Origin: Eubacteriales bacterium
GTDB lineage: Bacteria > Bacillota > Clostridia > Oscillospirales > CAG-272
Length of the DNA stretch: 49,134 nucleotides
NCBI GenBank assembly: GCA_045587785.1
Contig: JAZNDA010000053.1
Location: forward strand, 1-49,134
Direction of reading: 5' to 3'
Part shown: positions 17,406-26,315 of the stretch, piece after piece
Layout: every line of letters starts with the position of its first letter
Numbering within the stretch: the first letter of the stretch is position 1
The notes under the pieces: generated by a model
Database searches by the model: none
Told to the model about the DNA's origin: nothing
What the model saw: the letters and a program-made list of their open reading frames with translations, nothing else
Made by a program: the position numbers and the translations under genes

Positions 17406-18830
17406 ATGCAAATTTATAATTCACTGACACACAAAAAGGAAGAACTGATCCCCAACGAGGATGGCAAGATCAAAATGTATACCTGCGGGCCGACGGTCTA
17501 TCATTTCGCGCACATCGGTAATCTGCGCTCCTATATTATGGAGGACGTGCTGGAAAAGTACCTGCGCTTTGTCGGCTATGACGTGCTTCGCGTCATGAAT
17601 ATCACCGACGTCGGACACCTGTCCAGCGACGGAGATACGGGCGAGGATAAGATGCTGAAGGGTGCCAAGCGCGAGAAAAAGAGCGTGCTGGAGATTGCCA
17701 AGTTTTACACCGACGCCTTTTTCGAGGATTGCCGCAAGCTGGGCATCAAAACGCCCGACGTGGTTCAGCCTGCAACGGGATGCATAGCCGAATATATCGA
17801 GATCGTAAGCGGACTTCTTGAGAAGGGATATGCTTATGAGGCAGGCGGTAATATTTATTTTGACACCTCCAAGCTGGAGCAGTATTACGCTTTCCACAAT
17901 TTTGAGGAAGAAGACCTTGAGGTGGGCGTAAGAGAGGGCGTGGAGGCAGACACCAATAAGCGCAACAAGGCTGACTTTGTTTTGTGGTTTACCAAGTCCA
18001 AATTTGATGATCAGGAGCTTAAGTGGGACAGCCCGTGGGGCATCGGATACCCCGGATGGCACATTGAGTGCTCGGGCATTTCCATGAAATACTGCGGTGA
18101 ATATCTGGATATCCACTGCGGCGGTATAGATAACGCATTTCCTCACCACACCAATGAGATCGCGCAGAGTGAGGCATATCTCGGACATAAGTGGTGCAAC
18201 TACTGGTTCCACGTACATCACCTCAATACCGCGGGCGGGAAGATGAGCAAGTCCAAGGGAGAATTTTTGACCGTTTCGCTTTTGGAAGAAAAGGGCTATG
18301 ACCCGATGGTCTATCGCTTGTTCTGCCTTGGGTCGCATTACCGCAAGTCCCTTGTGTTCTCGTTTGAAAATCTTGACAATGCGGCGGCTTCTTATAAAAA
18401 GCTGGTGGCAAAGATCGCGGCTCTCCTTCCCGAGAAGAACGGCGAGGTCGATGGCGCGGCATTTGATAAATTCCGTGCGGATTTTTGCGCGGCGCTTGAC
18501 AATGATCTTAACACCTCTCTTGCCATCACCGCGCTGTATGACGTGCTCAAAGCCGACATTGGTGCCGCGACTAAGCTTGCGCTGATCGCTGAATTTGATA
18601 AGGTCCTGACCTTGAACCTTATCGAGGCGGCGGAAAAGCTGAATGACACCAAGAATGATACTGCCGACGATGAAAAGACCGCATGGATCCGCGAAATGAT
18701 CGAAGCACGCGCGGCGGCAAAAAAGGCAAAGGATTTTGCCCGTGCCGACAGTATCCGCGAAGAATTGGCGGCGAAGGGTGTAACACTGATCGATACCAGA
18801 GAGGGAACCAAGTTTGAAATACAGGCGTGA
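17406..18830 (+). CDS. cysS: Cysteine--tRNA ligase
   Basis: Class I motifs HIGN (HFAHIGNLRS) and KMSKS (GKMSKSKG). Zn-binding Cys/His positions are present. 474 aa. Confidence 0.95.
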   Translation: MQIYNSLTHKKEELIPNEDGKIKMYTCGPTVYHFAHIGNLRSYIMEDVLEKYLRFVGYDVLRVMNITDVGHLSSDGDTGEDKMLKGAKREKKSVLEIAKFYTDAFFEDCRKLGIKTPDVVQPATGCIAEYIEIVSGLLEKGYAYEAGGNIYFDTSKLEQYYAFHNFEEEDLEVGVREGVEADTNKRNKADFVLWFTKSKFDDQELKWDSPWGIGYPGWHIECSGISMKYCGEYLDIHCGGIDNAFPHHTNEIAQSEAYLGHKWCNYWFHVHHLNTAGGKMSKSKGEFLTVSLLEEKGYDPMVYRLFCLGSHYRKSLVFSFENLDNAAASYKKLVAKIAALLPEKNGEVDGAAFDKFRADFCAALDNDLNTSLAITALYDVLKADIGAATKLALIAEFDKVLTLNLIEAAEKLNDTKNDTADDEKTAWIREMIEARAAAKKAKDFARADSIREELAAKGVTLIDTREGTKFEIQA

Positions 18831-19332
18831 GAGTATAGAAAAATACCGTGAGATCTTAAGCTACCTGATCGTGGGGGTCATGACCACCGTGATCGGCTTT
18901 GGCACCTACTTTCTGATCCTCTTTTTTGCACGCCTTGGCGGCATCGGAGAGCAGACAGGTGCGTACCACGTCATGCGTGCGGTGGCGCAGGTGGTGCAGT
19001 GGATATTATCTGTGCTTTTTGCCTACTACGCCAACAAAAAATGGGTGTTCCGATACGGTGAGGACAAAACGGGCAAGCAGACCGCGCTCAATTTCTTGTC
19101 CTTTGTTACCTCGCGTCTGTTTTCGCTGGGGGCGGATTCGCTTGTGACCTTCGGCACGGTCTGGCTGTTGCTCAGGGGCGGTTACGTGACGCGTGAATTT
19201 CACTTTATCGTCACGCTGTCGCTGTCTGCCGACTTTTGGGGAAAGCTTTTGGCGGCGGTCGTGGTGGTCATCCTCAATTACGTGCTGGGAAAATTTGTTG
19301 TTTTTCGCAAATCAAGCCAAAACAAGTCTTGA
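18814..19332 (+). CDS. GtrA-family membrane protein
   Basis: 172 aa with 4 TM segments and a GtrA-like N-terminus (YLIVGVMTTVIGFGTYF). TTG start behind GAGAGGGA. It overlaps the end of cysS by 17 nt. Confidence 0.7.
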   Translation: MKYRRESIEKYREILSYLIVGVMTTVIGFGTYFLILFFARLGGIGEQTGAYHVMRAVAQVVQWILSVLFAYYANKKWVFRYGEDKTGKQTALNFLSFVTSRLFSLGADSLVTFGTVWLLLRGGYVTREFHFIVTLSLSADFWGKLLAAVVVVILNYVLGKFVVFRKSSQNKS

Positions 19333-19372
19333 CATAACGGTTAAAAACATTTATAATTAGAATAGCCGAATG

Positions 19373-19422
19373 ATGCTCCGACAGCGAGGTTCTCTCACGG
19401 TCGGAGCATATTTGATTTTTTT
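19373..19422 (+). terminator. Rho-independent terminator
   Basis: ATGCTCCGAC ... GTCGGAGCAT stem followed by ATTTGATTTTTTT. Confidence 0.7.
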
Positions 19423-19440
19423 ATGGAAAGAGCTGTACTT

Positions 19441-19977
19441 ATGAGAAAGATCCGATGGAATGCGGAAAAAAGGGATATTGTCTTTCGGTCTTTGATCGGT
19501 CTTGCGATGCTGTTTGGCACCGTGCTTTTGCAGACCTCTTTTTTGCCGCAGGTCGATATATTTGACGCGGTTCCCGATCTGCTTCTGATCTTCACGGTGG
19601 CTATCGGTGTGTTTGACGGATTTCGTGTGGCGGCACCTGTCGGTGTGGCGGCGGGTGTGCTTTGCTATTATCTTGGGGGCGGGGAACCGCTTTGTATTCT
19701 GTTTTACGCGGTGGTTGGGATGCTTGCAGCTATGCAGTATCCAACGAGAAATTATCCGTCATACTGCATATATATGACGGCGGCGGGGGTGCTTAAGATC
19801 TTTTGGACGCTTTTTATGACCCTTTTGCACTCACCCGCATGGCGTCCTTTGAGAGTTCTTTGGTACAGTGCTTTGCCCGAATTTTTGGGTACGGTTCTGA
19901 TCTCGCTTGTTTTGTACGTGCCTCTGTGCGCGGCGGCTCGGCTGCTGAAACGCAAGAGTGAGGTGTGGGGGAGTTAG
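19441..19977 (+). CDS. mreD: Rod shape-determining protein MreD-like
   Basis: A small polytopic membrane protein immediately upstream of PBP2, with a typical MreD N-terminus (...LLQTSFLP...PDLLLIFTV). The start was moved to the ATG with a GGAAAGAG RBS, because the track ATG at 19423 abuts the terminator T-run. Confidence 0.6.
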   Translation: MRKIRWNAEKRDIVFRSLIGLAMLFGTVLLQTSFLPQVDIFDAVPDLLLIFTVAIGVFDGFRVAAPVGVAAGVLCYYLGGGEPLCILFYAVVGMLAAMQYPTRNYPSYCIYMTAAGVLKIFWTLFMTLLHSPAWRPLRVLWYSALPEFLGTVLISLVLYVPLCAAARLLKRKSEVWGS

Positions 19978-19979
19978 TT

Positions 19980-22013
19980 ATGAATGAAAACAGTTTTCTT
20001 CGGAGATATTTGATTCTGATCGGTTTTTTTGCCGCCGTATGTTTGGTTTTTGTCATCCGACTTGCCTCCTTTCAGTTTTTCGGTAACAATGAGGAGGACT
20101 ACCGCGAATACGGTGTCAAGAACTTTACCTATACCGTGACAATTCCTGCCCAGAGAGGAGATATTTGCGACAGAGACGGCAAGATCATCACCACCACCAA
20201 GCAGACCTATGCACTGGCATTTGATTACTGGTCGATGCCCGTGGACGATGATGAGGCAAACCGATCGATCCTGATCGCGCTGGATGCACTCAAAGCGACA
20301 GACTCGGAGAATAAACGAAGCCGCGACTATTTTCCGTTTGAAGGTATATATCCCAATCTCAGATGGAAGGATGACGCAAAGACCGAAGGCACGGCAATTT
20401 ATTCCGCGCTTGGACGCGTGAAAAAACGCCGCAACTTCAAAGAGGAAATGACCGATGAGCAAATAATTCAGTGGTACGCCAAAAAGTTCGGCATGCTGGA
20501 CGGTGAGGGGGATGCTCTTTACACGGGTGAGCAGATGACCGAGCTTTTGAGAGTGTATTACAATATGGATGCTGTGGATTTTGGTACGTACGTGCAGTAT
20601 CATCTGGCGGATGACGTTTCGCTGGAAACGGTCACATACATCAAGGAGCGCAACGCCCTTGGCATGGTGTTTCCGAGAAGCAATGAAAGACAGTACAATT
20701 ATCCTGGGTACCTGTCACATATTCTCGGAAGCGTGGGACAGATCACGGCGGAGACCGTCCAATATTACGCAGACCTTGGTTACCCCGCAGATGCCATCGT
20801 GGGCACGTCGGGTATCGAAAAGCTGTTTGAGCAGTATCTGCACGGCACCGACGGGGAAATGACCGTGGTGGAGGACAAAAACGGTTATATTATAGATAGC
20901 TATGTTTCAAAAGAACCGATCCCCGGGAAGGACGTGTGGCTGTCCATCGATATTGACCTTCAAGTGGCGGCAGAGGATGCCCTTAAGACCTATGTTGATG
21001 AATATTCGGAAAACGAATCGGCAGGCGGTGCGTTTGTCGCCATGGATCCTTCTACCAACGGCGTTCTGGTCATGGCGTCCTATCCTACGTACGATCTGAC
21101 TGCTTTTAACAGCTCGTATGACGATCTGGTTTCCGACCCTGCCATTCCTCTTTTGAACCGCGCGCTGAACGGTCTGTATACCCCAGGTTCTACCTTTAAA
21201 CTCGGAACCGCGGTGGCGTCACTTGAGGAGAACGTGATCACAAAGGCAAGCACCGTTAACTGTGTGGGCTATTACACGCTTGGAAATTACCGCATGAAGT
21301 GCTGGGTGCATCCCGATTCGCACGGACACCAGGACGTGGTGCATGCCATTACCAATTCCTGCAACGTCTTTTTTGCCGAGATGGGCGACAGGCTGGGGAT
21401 CGATACCATGAACCGTTATGCCAAAGCCTTTGGTCTTGGCGAGCCGACGGGCATTGAGCTTTCGGAGGCACTCGGAAATCTTGCGGGCGAGGCAAGTCGC
21501 TTACAGAGCGGCGGAGGCGCGTGGTATCCCGCCGATACGGTCATGGCGGCGATCGGTCAGTCAGATAACGCCTTTACACCGCTTCAGCTTTGTAACTATG
21601 TTACCACACTTCTCAGAGGCGGGGACAGATATGAGGTACATATTCTTGACTCGGTGAGAGAATATTATACAGACGAGATCGTTCATAGCGTGACCCCCGC
21701 GCGTCTGGGAGGTATCTCACTCAGCTCTCATACCGTATCCACGGTGATGGAGGGAATGAGAAGCATGGTCGAGTCGAGCGCTACGGCAACCTTTCTGTTT
21801 GGTGACGTTCCCGTTACCGTTGGCGGTAAGACAGGTACGGCAGAGGTAGGGAGCGATAACGATAACGGTCTGTTCGTTTGTGCCGCGCCGTATAATGCGC
21901 CAAAGGTGATCTCCGCATGCGTGATCGAGGGTGCCAATACGGGACGCTACGCCGAGGGTGTTGCGGCGGCGGTGCTTGAAGAATATTACGGTGTAAACGG
22001 GGCAGAGGACTGA
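19980..22013 (+). CDS. mrdA: Penicillin-binding protein 2 (class B transpeptidase)
   Basis: SxxK (GSTFK), SxN (TNSCN) and KTG (GKTGTAE) motifs, with an N-terminal membrane anchor. The ATG lies behind a GGGGGAG RBS. Confidence 0.85.
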   Translation: MNENSFLRRYLILIGFFAAVCLVFVIRLASFQFFGNNEEDYREYGVKNFTYTVTIPAQRGDICDRDGKIITTTKQTYALAFDYWSMPVDDDEANRSILIALDALKATDSENKRSRDYFPFEGIYPNLRWKDDAKTEGTAIYSALGRVKKRRNFKEEMTDEQIIQWYAKKFGMLDGEGDALYTGEQMTELLRVYYNMDAVDFGTYVQYHLADDVSLETVTYIKERNALGMVFPRSNERQYNYPGYLSHILGSVGQITAETVQYYADLGYPADAIVGTSGIEKLFEQYLHGTDGEMTVVEDKNGYIIDSYVSKEPIPGKDVWLSIDIDLQVAAEDALKTYVDEYSENESAGGAFVAMDPSTNGVLVMASYPTYDLTAFNSSYDDLVSDPAIPLLNRALNGLYTPGSTFKLGTAVASLEENVITKASTVNCVGYYTLGNYRMKCWVHPDSHGHQDVVHAITNSCNVFFAEMGDRLGIDTMNRYAKAFGLGEPTGIELSEALGNLAGEASRLQSGGGAWYPADTVMAAIGQSDNAFTPLQLCNYVTTLLRGGDRYEVHILDSVREYYTDEIVHSVTPARLGGISLSSHTVSTVMEGMRSMVESSATATFLFGDVPVTVGGKTGTAEVGSDNDNGLFVCAAPYNAPKVISACVIEGANTGRYAEGVAAAVLEEYYGVNGAED

Positions 22014-22061
22014 TATACACCGACACGCTTTAACCAATGACCAAAAATCGGAGTGAAAATA

Positions 22062-22985
22062 ATGGGAAATACGTTTTATTTTGCTTGGGAGCCGCCGCTT
22101 ATGGAGTTCCTTCAGGCGATGCTGGGTACCTTCGGGCAAAAGCTCAGCGAGCTTATCACCTTGCTCGGTGAGCCGACAGCCATTGTGGCGGTCATCGGGT
22201 TTTTGTATTGGGGCTATGACAAAAAGTTCGGCATTTACGTCGGCACCAATATTGTGGTCGCAGTAGTAGCAAACCCTATGATCAAAAATATTTTTATGCG
22301 CAGACGTCCGTATTTTGACCTTGAGGGGGTCAAATGCCTTCGTCCGATCACGGGGTCGGAGGATATGTACAATATTTCCGAGCAGGGATATTCCTTCCCC
22401 AGCGGACACTCCACCAATTCCGTGGCGGCATACTCATCGCCTGCCTTTTACCGCCGACGCACGTGGTTGATCGTGCTTGGCGTTCTGTTGCCGCTTGTGA
22501 CGGGTATCAGCCGTGTGTTTCTCGGTATGCACTATCCTACTGACGTGCTTGGCGGTTGGATTCTTGGTCTTACGGTGGTGCTTGGCATGAGTTACCTGCA
22601 AAAGAAGGTAACACGCAAGTGGCTTTTGTATCTTGTGATCAGTGTGATTTCGCTTGTGGGGTGCTTTTACTGCAAGAGTGAAGATTATTACACCTCGCTT
22701 GGTATGATGCTTGGCTTTTTCGGCGGCAATCTGTTTGAGGAACGCTTTGTGCGTTTTGAGGATGACAGACGCCCGTTTGCCATGCTGTTGCGCCTTGCCG
22801 GCGGTATTGCGGTGTTCCTTTCGCTGAATACGCTTTTGAAACTTCCGTTCCCGACAGCGCTTTTGGAGGGGGCAACGCCCATGGCGTATGCTTTGCGTAC
22901 GGTGCGGTATGCCATCGTGCTGTTTGTGGACGTGGCGATCTATCCTATGCTGTTCGGGCTCGGAAAACCCAAAGCGTCAAATTAG
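22062..22985 (+). CDS. PAP2-family phosphatase with an additional C-terminal membrane domain
   Basis: PAP2 motifs are RRRP, PSGHS and SRVFLGMHYPTDV. Confidence 0.8.
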   Translation: MGNTFYFAWEPPLMEFLQAMLGTFGQKLSELITLLGEPTAIVAVIGFLYWGYDKKFGIYVGTNIVVAVVANPMIKNIFMRRRPYFDLEGVKCLRPITGSEDMYNISEQGYSFPSGHSTNSVAAYSSPAFYRRRTWLIVLGVLLPLVTGISRVFLGMHYPTDVLGGWILGLTVVLGMSYLQKKVTRKWLLYLVISVISLVGCFYCKSEDYYTSLGMMLGFFGGNLFEERFVRFEDDRRPFAMLLRLAGGIAVFLSLNTLLKLPFPTALLEGATPMAYALRTVRYAIVLFVDVAIYPMLFGLGKPKASN

Positions 22986-22990
22986 ATATT

Positions 22991-23040
22991 AAAAATGCAG
23001 TACCGAATATCGGAGATACGATACTCGGTACTGCATTTTT
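22991..23040. terminator. Bidirectional terminator
   Basis: AAAAATGCAGTACCGA ... TCGGTACTGCATTTTT, between convergent genes. Confidence 0.85.
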
Positions 23041-23042
23041 GT

Positions 23043-23885
23043 TTAATAATAAAAATCGTGGTTTCCAATGGTGAAAGCAAACGGGCGGTTTTTTGAGATC
23101 CAATTTGTGGTGGAAAGTCTGGGGTTCATGAAAAAGAGAATATCCTCCGAGAGCGTATACCCCTCAAGGCAGATCTTTGCCGCGATCACACTCTGTGCGG
23201 AGGGCGTGCGGTAAATGGTTCCAAAGGAAACGGGGGAAAACTGTGTTCCGTACCGCCTGTCAAAGATCACGCCGTAGATGGTGTTTGGGTACTGCGTACT
23301 CTCTACGCGGTTGAGCACTACGTTGCCCACCGCAATTTTTCCGTCAAAGGGTTCACCTGCCGCTTCGGCGTTGATGATACGGGAGAGCCAGTAGACCTCA
23401 TCGGCATCATAAAAGTTTTCGCCGCTTACAAGCTTTTTGCCGTTGGATCTGAGCGTAACTGAGCGAGTAGCATCGCTCCACGTGACGTCAAGACAGTATG
23501 CCTTTGCCAAGGGACGAATGGGAATGTAAAGCGTGCCGCCCACGTTGCGTACACCCGTTTGCGCATAGAAATATCTGCCGTTGGCGACTATGTACTTTGC
23601 ACCTTGCGTTGCGCTTATGCTTAGGCTCCGTGTGTTGTCGGTAGCAGTGGCGGTATTGGTGTGGGCGTTCCAAGCGATCGTTGCGCCTCCCATGGCATCG
23701 CAGAAGCGTCTGAGCGGTATGTAGGTCACCGAGTCGAGCAGTATGCCGTCTAAGGTTTTTCCGTTCTCCAGTGTGATGGGAACGGTGGGGGCGGCGGCAA
23801 ATGTGGGAAATGCCGTGCCAAGGGCAAGTAAAAGCGTAAGCGTGAGTGCGCCGAGCACCTTTGTGAGTTTTGATCTTTTTGTCAT
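23043..23885 (-). CDS. SleB/CwlJ-type cell-wall (spore-cortex) hydrolase with an N-terminal copper-amine-oxidase-like stalk domain
   Basis: Signal peptide. The stalk region contains IPLRRFCDAMG and LYIPIRPLAKAY. The Hydrolase_2 region reads LSRIINAEAAGEPFDGKIAVGNVVLNRV...YGVIFDRRYGTQFSPV. Confidence 0.8.
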   Translation of the reverse strand: MTKRSKLTKVLGALTLTLLLALGTAFPTFAAAPTVPITLENGKTLDGILLDSVTYIPLRRFCDAMGGATIAWNAHTNTATATDNTRSLSISATQGAKYIVANGRYFYAQTGVRNVGGTLYIPIRPLAKAYCLDVTWSDATRSVTLRSNGKKLVSGENFYDADEVYWLSRIINAEAAGEPFDGKIAVGNVVLNRVESTQYPNTIYGVIFDRRYGTQFSPVSFGTIYRTPSAQSVIAAKICLEGYTLSEDILFFMNPRLSTTNWISKNRPFAFTIGNHDFYY

Positions 23886-24080
23886 TGAGTTCTCCTTTCG
23901 ACAAAGACATGTGTTTTTACTGTTGTCCGGCAGTGGAGCTGTCCTGCCGATACCCTATGTTACCATATCTTGCCGACTGTTTCAACCCACAAATGGTGCC
24001 AAAACTGTCAAAATCTAACTATGAATCCCCACTTTTGCCATGAATTCGTTGCTTTTCTATATATTTCCACGGAACAAAAT

Positions 24081-24114
24081 AAAAACCCGTGAGCCTCTGC
24101 TCACGGGTTTTGTT
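24081..24114. terminator. Terminator hairpin
   Basis: ACCCGTGAGC-CTCT-GCTCACGGGT flanked by A/T runs, just downstream of the coat-protein genes on the - strand. Confidence 0.75.
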
Positions 24115-24386
24115 TATACGGTTGTCTTTTGTGCAAATTTCATTTTTGTTTGGGTGAGCTTATCCTCAGGTGCTTTTTCTGTCGGATACAGTCCACGAGC
24201 AGAAAGTTCGTTGAAAAGTTCTTTTTGGATGCGATGCTCGTCCTCTAAAATTCCCGAAAGACAGCTTGATACTTCGGGCGTGGCAGATTCAAGAAGGTTT
24301 TCGTTGTAAACGCCCGCCAAAAACTTTTCACTGTTCAGAAGGTCGAAAAGGCAGACGCTTTGATCCACATTACAATTTTGATTCAT
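24114..24386 (-). CDS. Spore coat protein, CotF-like
   Basis: 90 aa with a Coat_F-like pattern (DLLNSEKFLAGVYNENLLESATPEV...). Confidence 0.65.
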   Translation of the reverse strand: MNQNCNVDQSVCLFDLLNSEKFLAGVYNENLLESATPEVSSCLSGILEDEHRIQKELFNELSARGLYPTEKAPEDKLTQTKMKFAQKTTV

Positions 24387-24396
24387 ACTTTTCTCC

Positions 24397-24582
24397 TTAT
24401 TTCAAATGGGAATACAGCTCGTCAAAATGACGCTGGTGCGCTTGCGATATCTGCTCGAATTTGTCCCTCAGAGTGTTATCGGTTGCACTGCAGGCATAAA
24501 AGTGATATTTGGCGATCATGTTTTGTTCGAGTGCAAGTCCGTCGCCAATGGCGGACAATTCTTTGGTGGTAATTTGTGCCAT
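24397..24582 (-). CDS. Small CotF-like spore coat protein
   Basis: 61 aa. The pattern TTKELSAIGDGLALEQNMIAKYHFYA...QAHQRHFDELY resembles the N-terminal half of Coat_F proteins. Confidence 0.55.
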   Translation of the reverse strand: MAQITTKELSAIGDGLALEQNMIAKYHFYACSATDNTLRDKFEQISQAHQRHFDELYSHLK

Positions 24583-24593
24583 GAGAGTTCTCC

Positions 24594-25040
24594 TTATAAA
24601 TATTTTTTCATGTTTTCGCTACAGCTTTCCTCAAAGGAGATCACATCCCTTGCCAGTTGTTCGGCGTCGTCTTTTGTGCCGTAAGCGTGCACGACCTTTA
24701 AAAGCTCGGTAATGCCCATACTGCAACCCTCAATGATCATCTGTGCGATGTGAGATGAGGTGGCATCCAGCATGGTGTTCATCATGACACCCATTTTTGC
24801 CGATATCTTGGTGAAGGCATTTTCCTCCTTGGGGCTTACGTCAAGGTCAAAGAGCTGCTCTCTGGCTTTTGAGGCAAATTCTTCGTAGCGTTCAAGCTGT
24901 GCAGTGATCTCGTTTCGAAGTCCCTCGTCGTTTACCTTGGGCAAAAGATTGACCAGCGAATCTGCGCCCATTTTGCAGCCTCTGTATATCTCTTGATAAA
25001 CATCCTTGGCTGTCATTTTCTCTTTTTGTGCGGTTGACAT
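24594..25040 (-). CDS. Hypothetical helical protein (about 148 aa), co-oriented with the coat-protein genes
   Basis: The reading frame is open and AAGGAGG precedes MSTAQKEK. Composition is predominantly helical. No family recognised. Confidence 0.5.
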   Translation of the reverse strand: MSTAQKEKMTAKDVYQEIYRGCKMGADSLVNLLPKVNDEGLRNEITAQLERYEEFASKAREQLFDLDVSPKEENAFTKISAKMGVMMNTMLDATSSHIAQMIIEGCSMGITELLKVVHAYGTKDDAEQLARDVISFEESCSENMKKYL

Positions 25041-25175
25041 ATCCGTCCTCCTTTGTCTTTGTTCGGTCATGGCTTATTATGTGTTACATAAAATATATTA
25101 TACATTTTTGCATTGACAAACGTCAAAACAAATGATAAAATATAGTAAAATACATGCGAAAACGGGGAAAAAGAT

Positions 25176-25610
25176 ATGCAGGTGAAAATAAAAAAATTAT
25201 GCGAGAATGCCATTCTTCCGAGATATGCCACCGATTATTCGGCAGGTGCGGATCTGTGCGCTTGTTTGGATAAGGACTTGGAAATTCCTGCGGGTGCCAC
25301 GGTGCTTGTGCATACGGGGCTTGCCCTTGAGATCCCCAAGGGATATGCGGGCATGATCTTTGCACGAAGCGGACTTGCCTCAAAGCGCGGTCTGGCTCCT
25401 GCCAACAAGGTTGGCGTGGTGGATGCTGACTACAGAGGTGAGGTCATGGTCGCGCTTTACAATCAGTCGGGAGAGACACAAATCATATCTCACGGCGAGC
25501 GAATCGCCCAGCTTGTAGTCATGCCTTTTTTGGCGTGTGATTTCGTGCCGACAGATCAGCTTTCCGACACCGTGCGCGGCGAGGGCGGCTTCGGTTCGAC
25601 AGGAAAATGA
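25176..25610 (+). CDS. dut: dUTP diphosphatase
   Basis: 144 aa with trimeric dUTPase motifs (AGADL, RSGLA, GVVDADYRGE, RGEGGFGSTG). Confidence 0.95.
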   Translation: MQVKIKKLCENAILPRYATDYSAGADLCACLDKDLEIPAGATVLVHTGLALEIPKGYAGMIFARSGLASKRGLAPANKVGVVDADYRGEVMVALYNQSGETQIISHGERIAQLVVMPFLACDFVPTDQLSDTVRGEGGFGSTGK

Positions 25611-25613
25611 AAT

Positions 25614-25654
25614 AAAAAAGACTTTCGCACCGTGTGGCGCGAAAGTCTTTTTTT
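25614..25654. terminator. Bidirectional terminator
   Basis: AAAAAGACTTTCGC ... GCGAAAGTCTTTTTTT between convergent dut and the HAD gene. Confidence 0.85.
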
Positions 25655-26312
25655 ACGGGAAAATCTCCAAAAGATCCAAAGGATGATCTGCCAGAACGTC
25701 GGCACCCGCCTCTATGAGTACTTCTCTTGGACGGTAGCCCCACGTGACACCCACGGCAAGCATACCTGCGTTTTTGGCGGTGGTCATATCCACGTTGCTG
25801 TCACCCACAAGCGCACATTCTTCACCCGTTGCCCCCAAGAGGGAAGCCAACTCAAGCGGCACCGTGGGGTCGGGCTTTGCAGGGGCACCCGTGCGCTGAC
25901 CGCGCGCGATCTCATAGCTGTTCTTTGGCAAAAGGACCTCGGCAAGCGGCGGCACAAAAGGGTCGGGTTTGTTTGATATGATCCCGAGGCGATAGCCACG
26001 GCTTGTCAGCGTGGAAAACACCTCGGGGATACCGTCATACGGTGTGTCTGACTCCATATAAACCTGGGCATATTTCTCTCTGTACACCGCAAGTGCATTG
26101 TCTACCTTGGCTTCATCGTTCTGGATCTCGCTCGGGAGTGACAGTCTGACAAGCTGTCGCGCACCGAAATTGATGTGCGCCATGATGTCCTCTCTTGTGC
26201 TTTCGGGATAGCCGAGCGCACGCATGGTGAGGTTGATACCGTGACGGAGCGCGTCAATGGTATCCACCACGGTTCCGTCAAGATCAAAAAGAATGGCTTT
26301 GATATTGTTCAT
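25653..26312 (-). CDS. HAD-IA family hydrolase (phosphoglycolate phosphatase/PGMB-like)
   Basis: Motifs DLDGTVVD, ISNK and VGDSNVDMTTAKNAG. 219 aa. Confidence 0.85.
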   Translation of the reverse strand: MNNIKAILFDLDGTVVDTIDALRHGINLTMRALGYPESTREDIMAHINFGARQLVRLSLPSEIQNDEAKVDNALAVYREKYAQVYMESDTPYDGIPEVFSTLTSRGYRLGIISNKPDPFVPPLAEVLLPKNSYEIARGQRTGAPAKPDPTVPLELASLLGATGEECALVGDSNVDMTTAKNAGMLAVGVTWGYRPREVLIEAGADVLADHPLDLLEIFP

Positions 26313-26315
26313 GCT

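Noticed and set aside
17421-18338. Long antisense ORFs lie opposite well-supported genes. Examples: 305 aa opposite cysS, 389 aa at 44463..45632, 305 aa at 45977..46894, 310 aa at 31317..32249, 238 aa at 10069..10785 and 250 aa at 7468..8220.
   Set aside because: Each lies fully inside a gene with clear family motifs on the other strand. Their compositions are low-complexity or biased (Arg/His/Leu-rich). They lack convincing RBSs. These are typical shadow ORFs in moderately GC-rich DNA.
23886-24080. A possible sigma-K/sigma-E type sporulation promoter (CATAgggTA on the minus strand) upstream of the SleB-like hydrolase.
   Set aside because: The -10-like match is short, and the spacing to an upstream AC element (about 19 nt) is off consensus. 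There is not enough evidence to annotate it.
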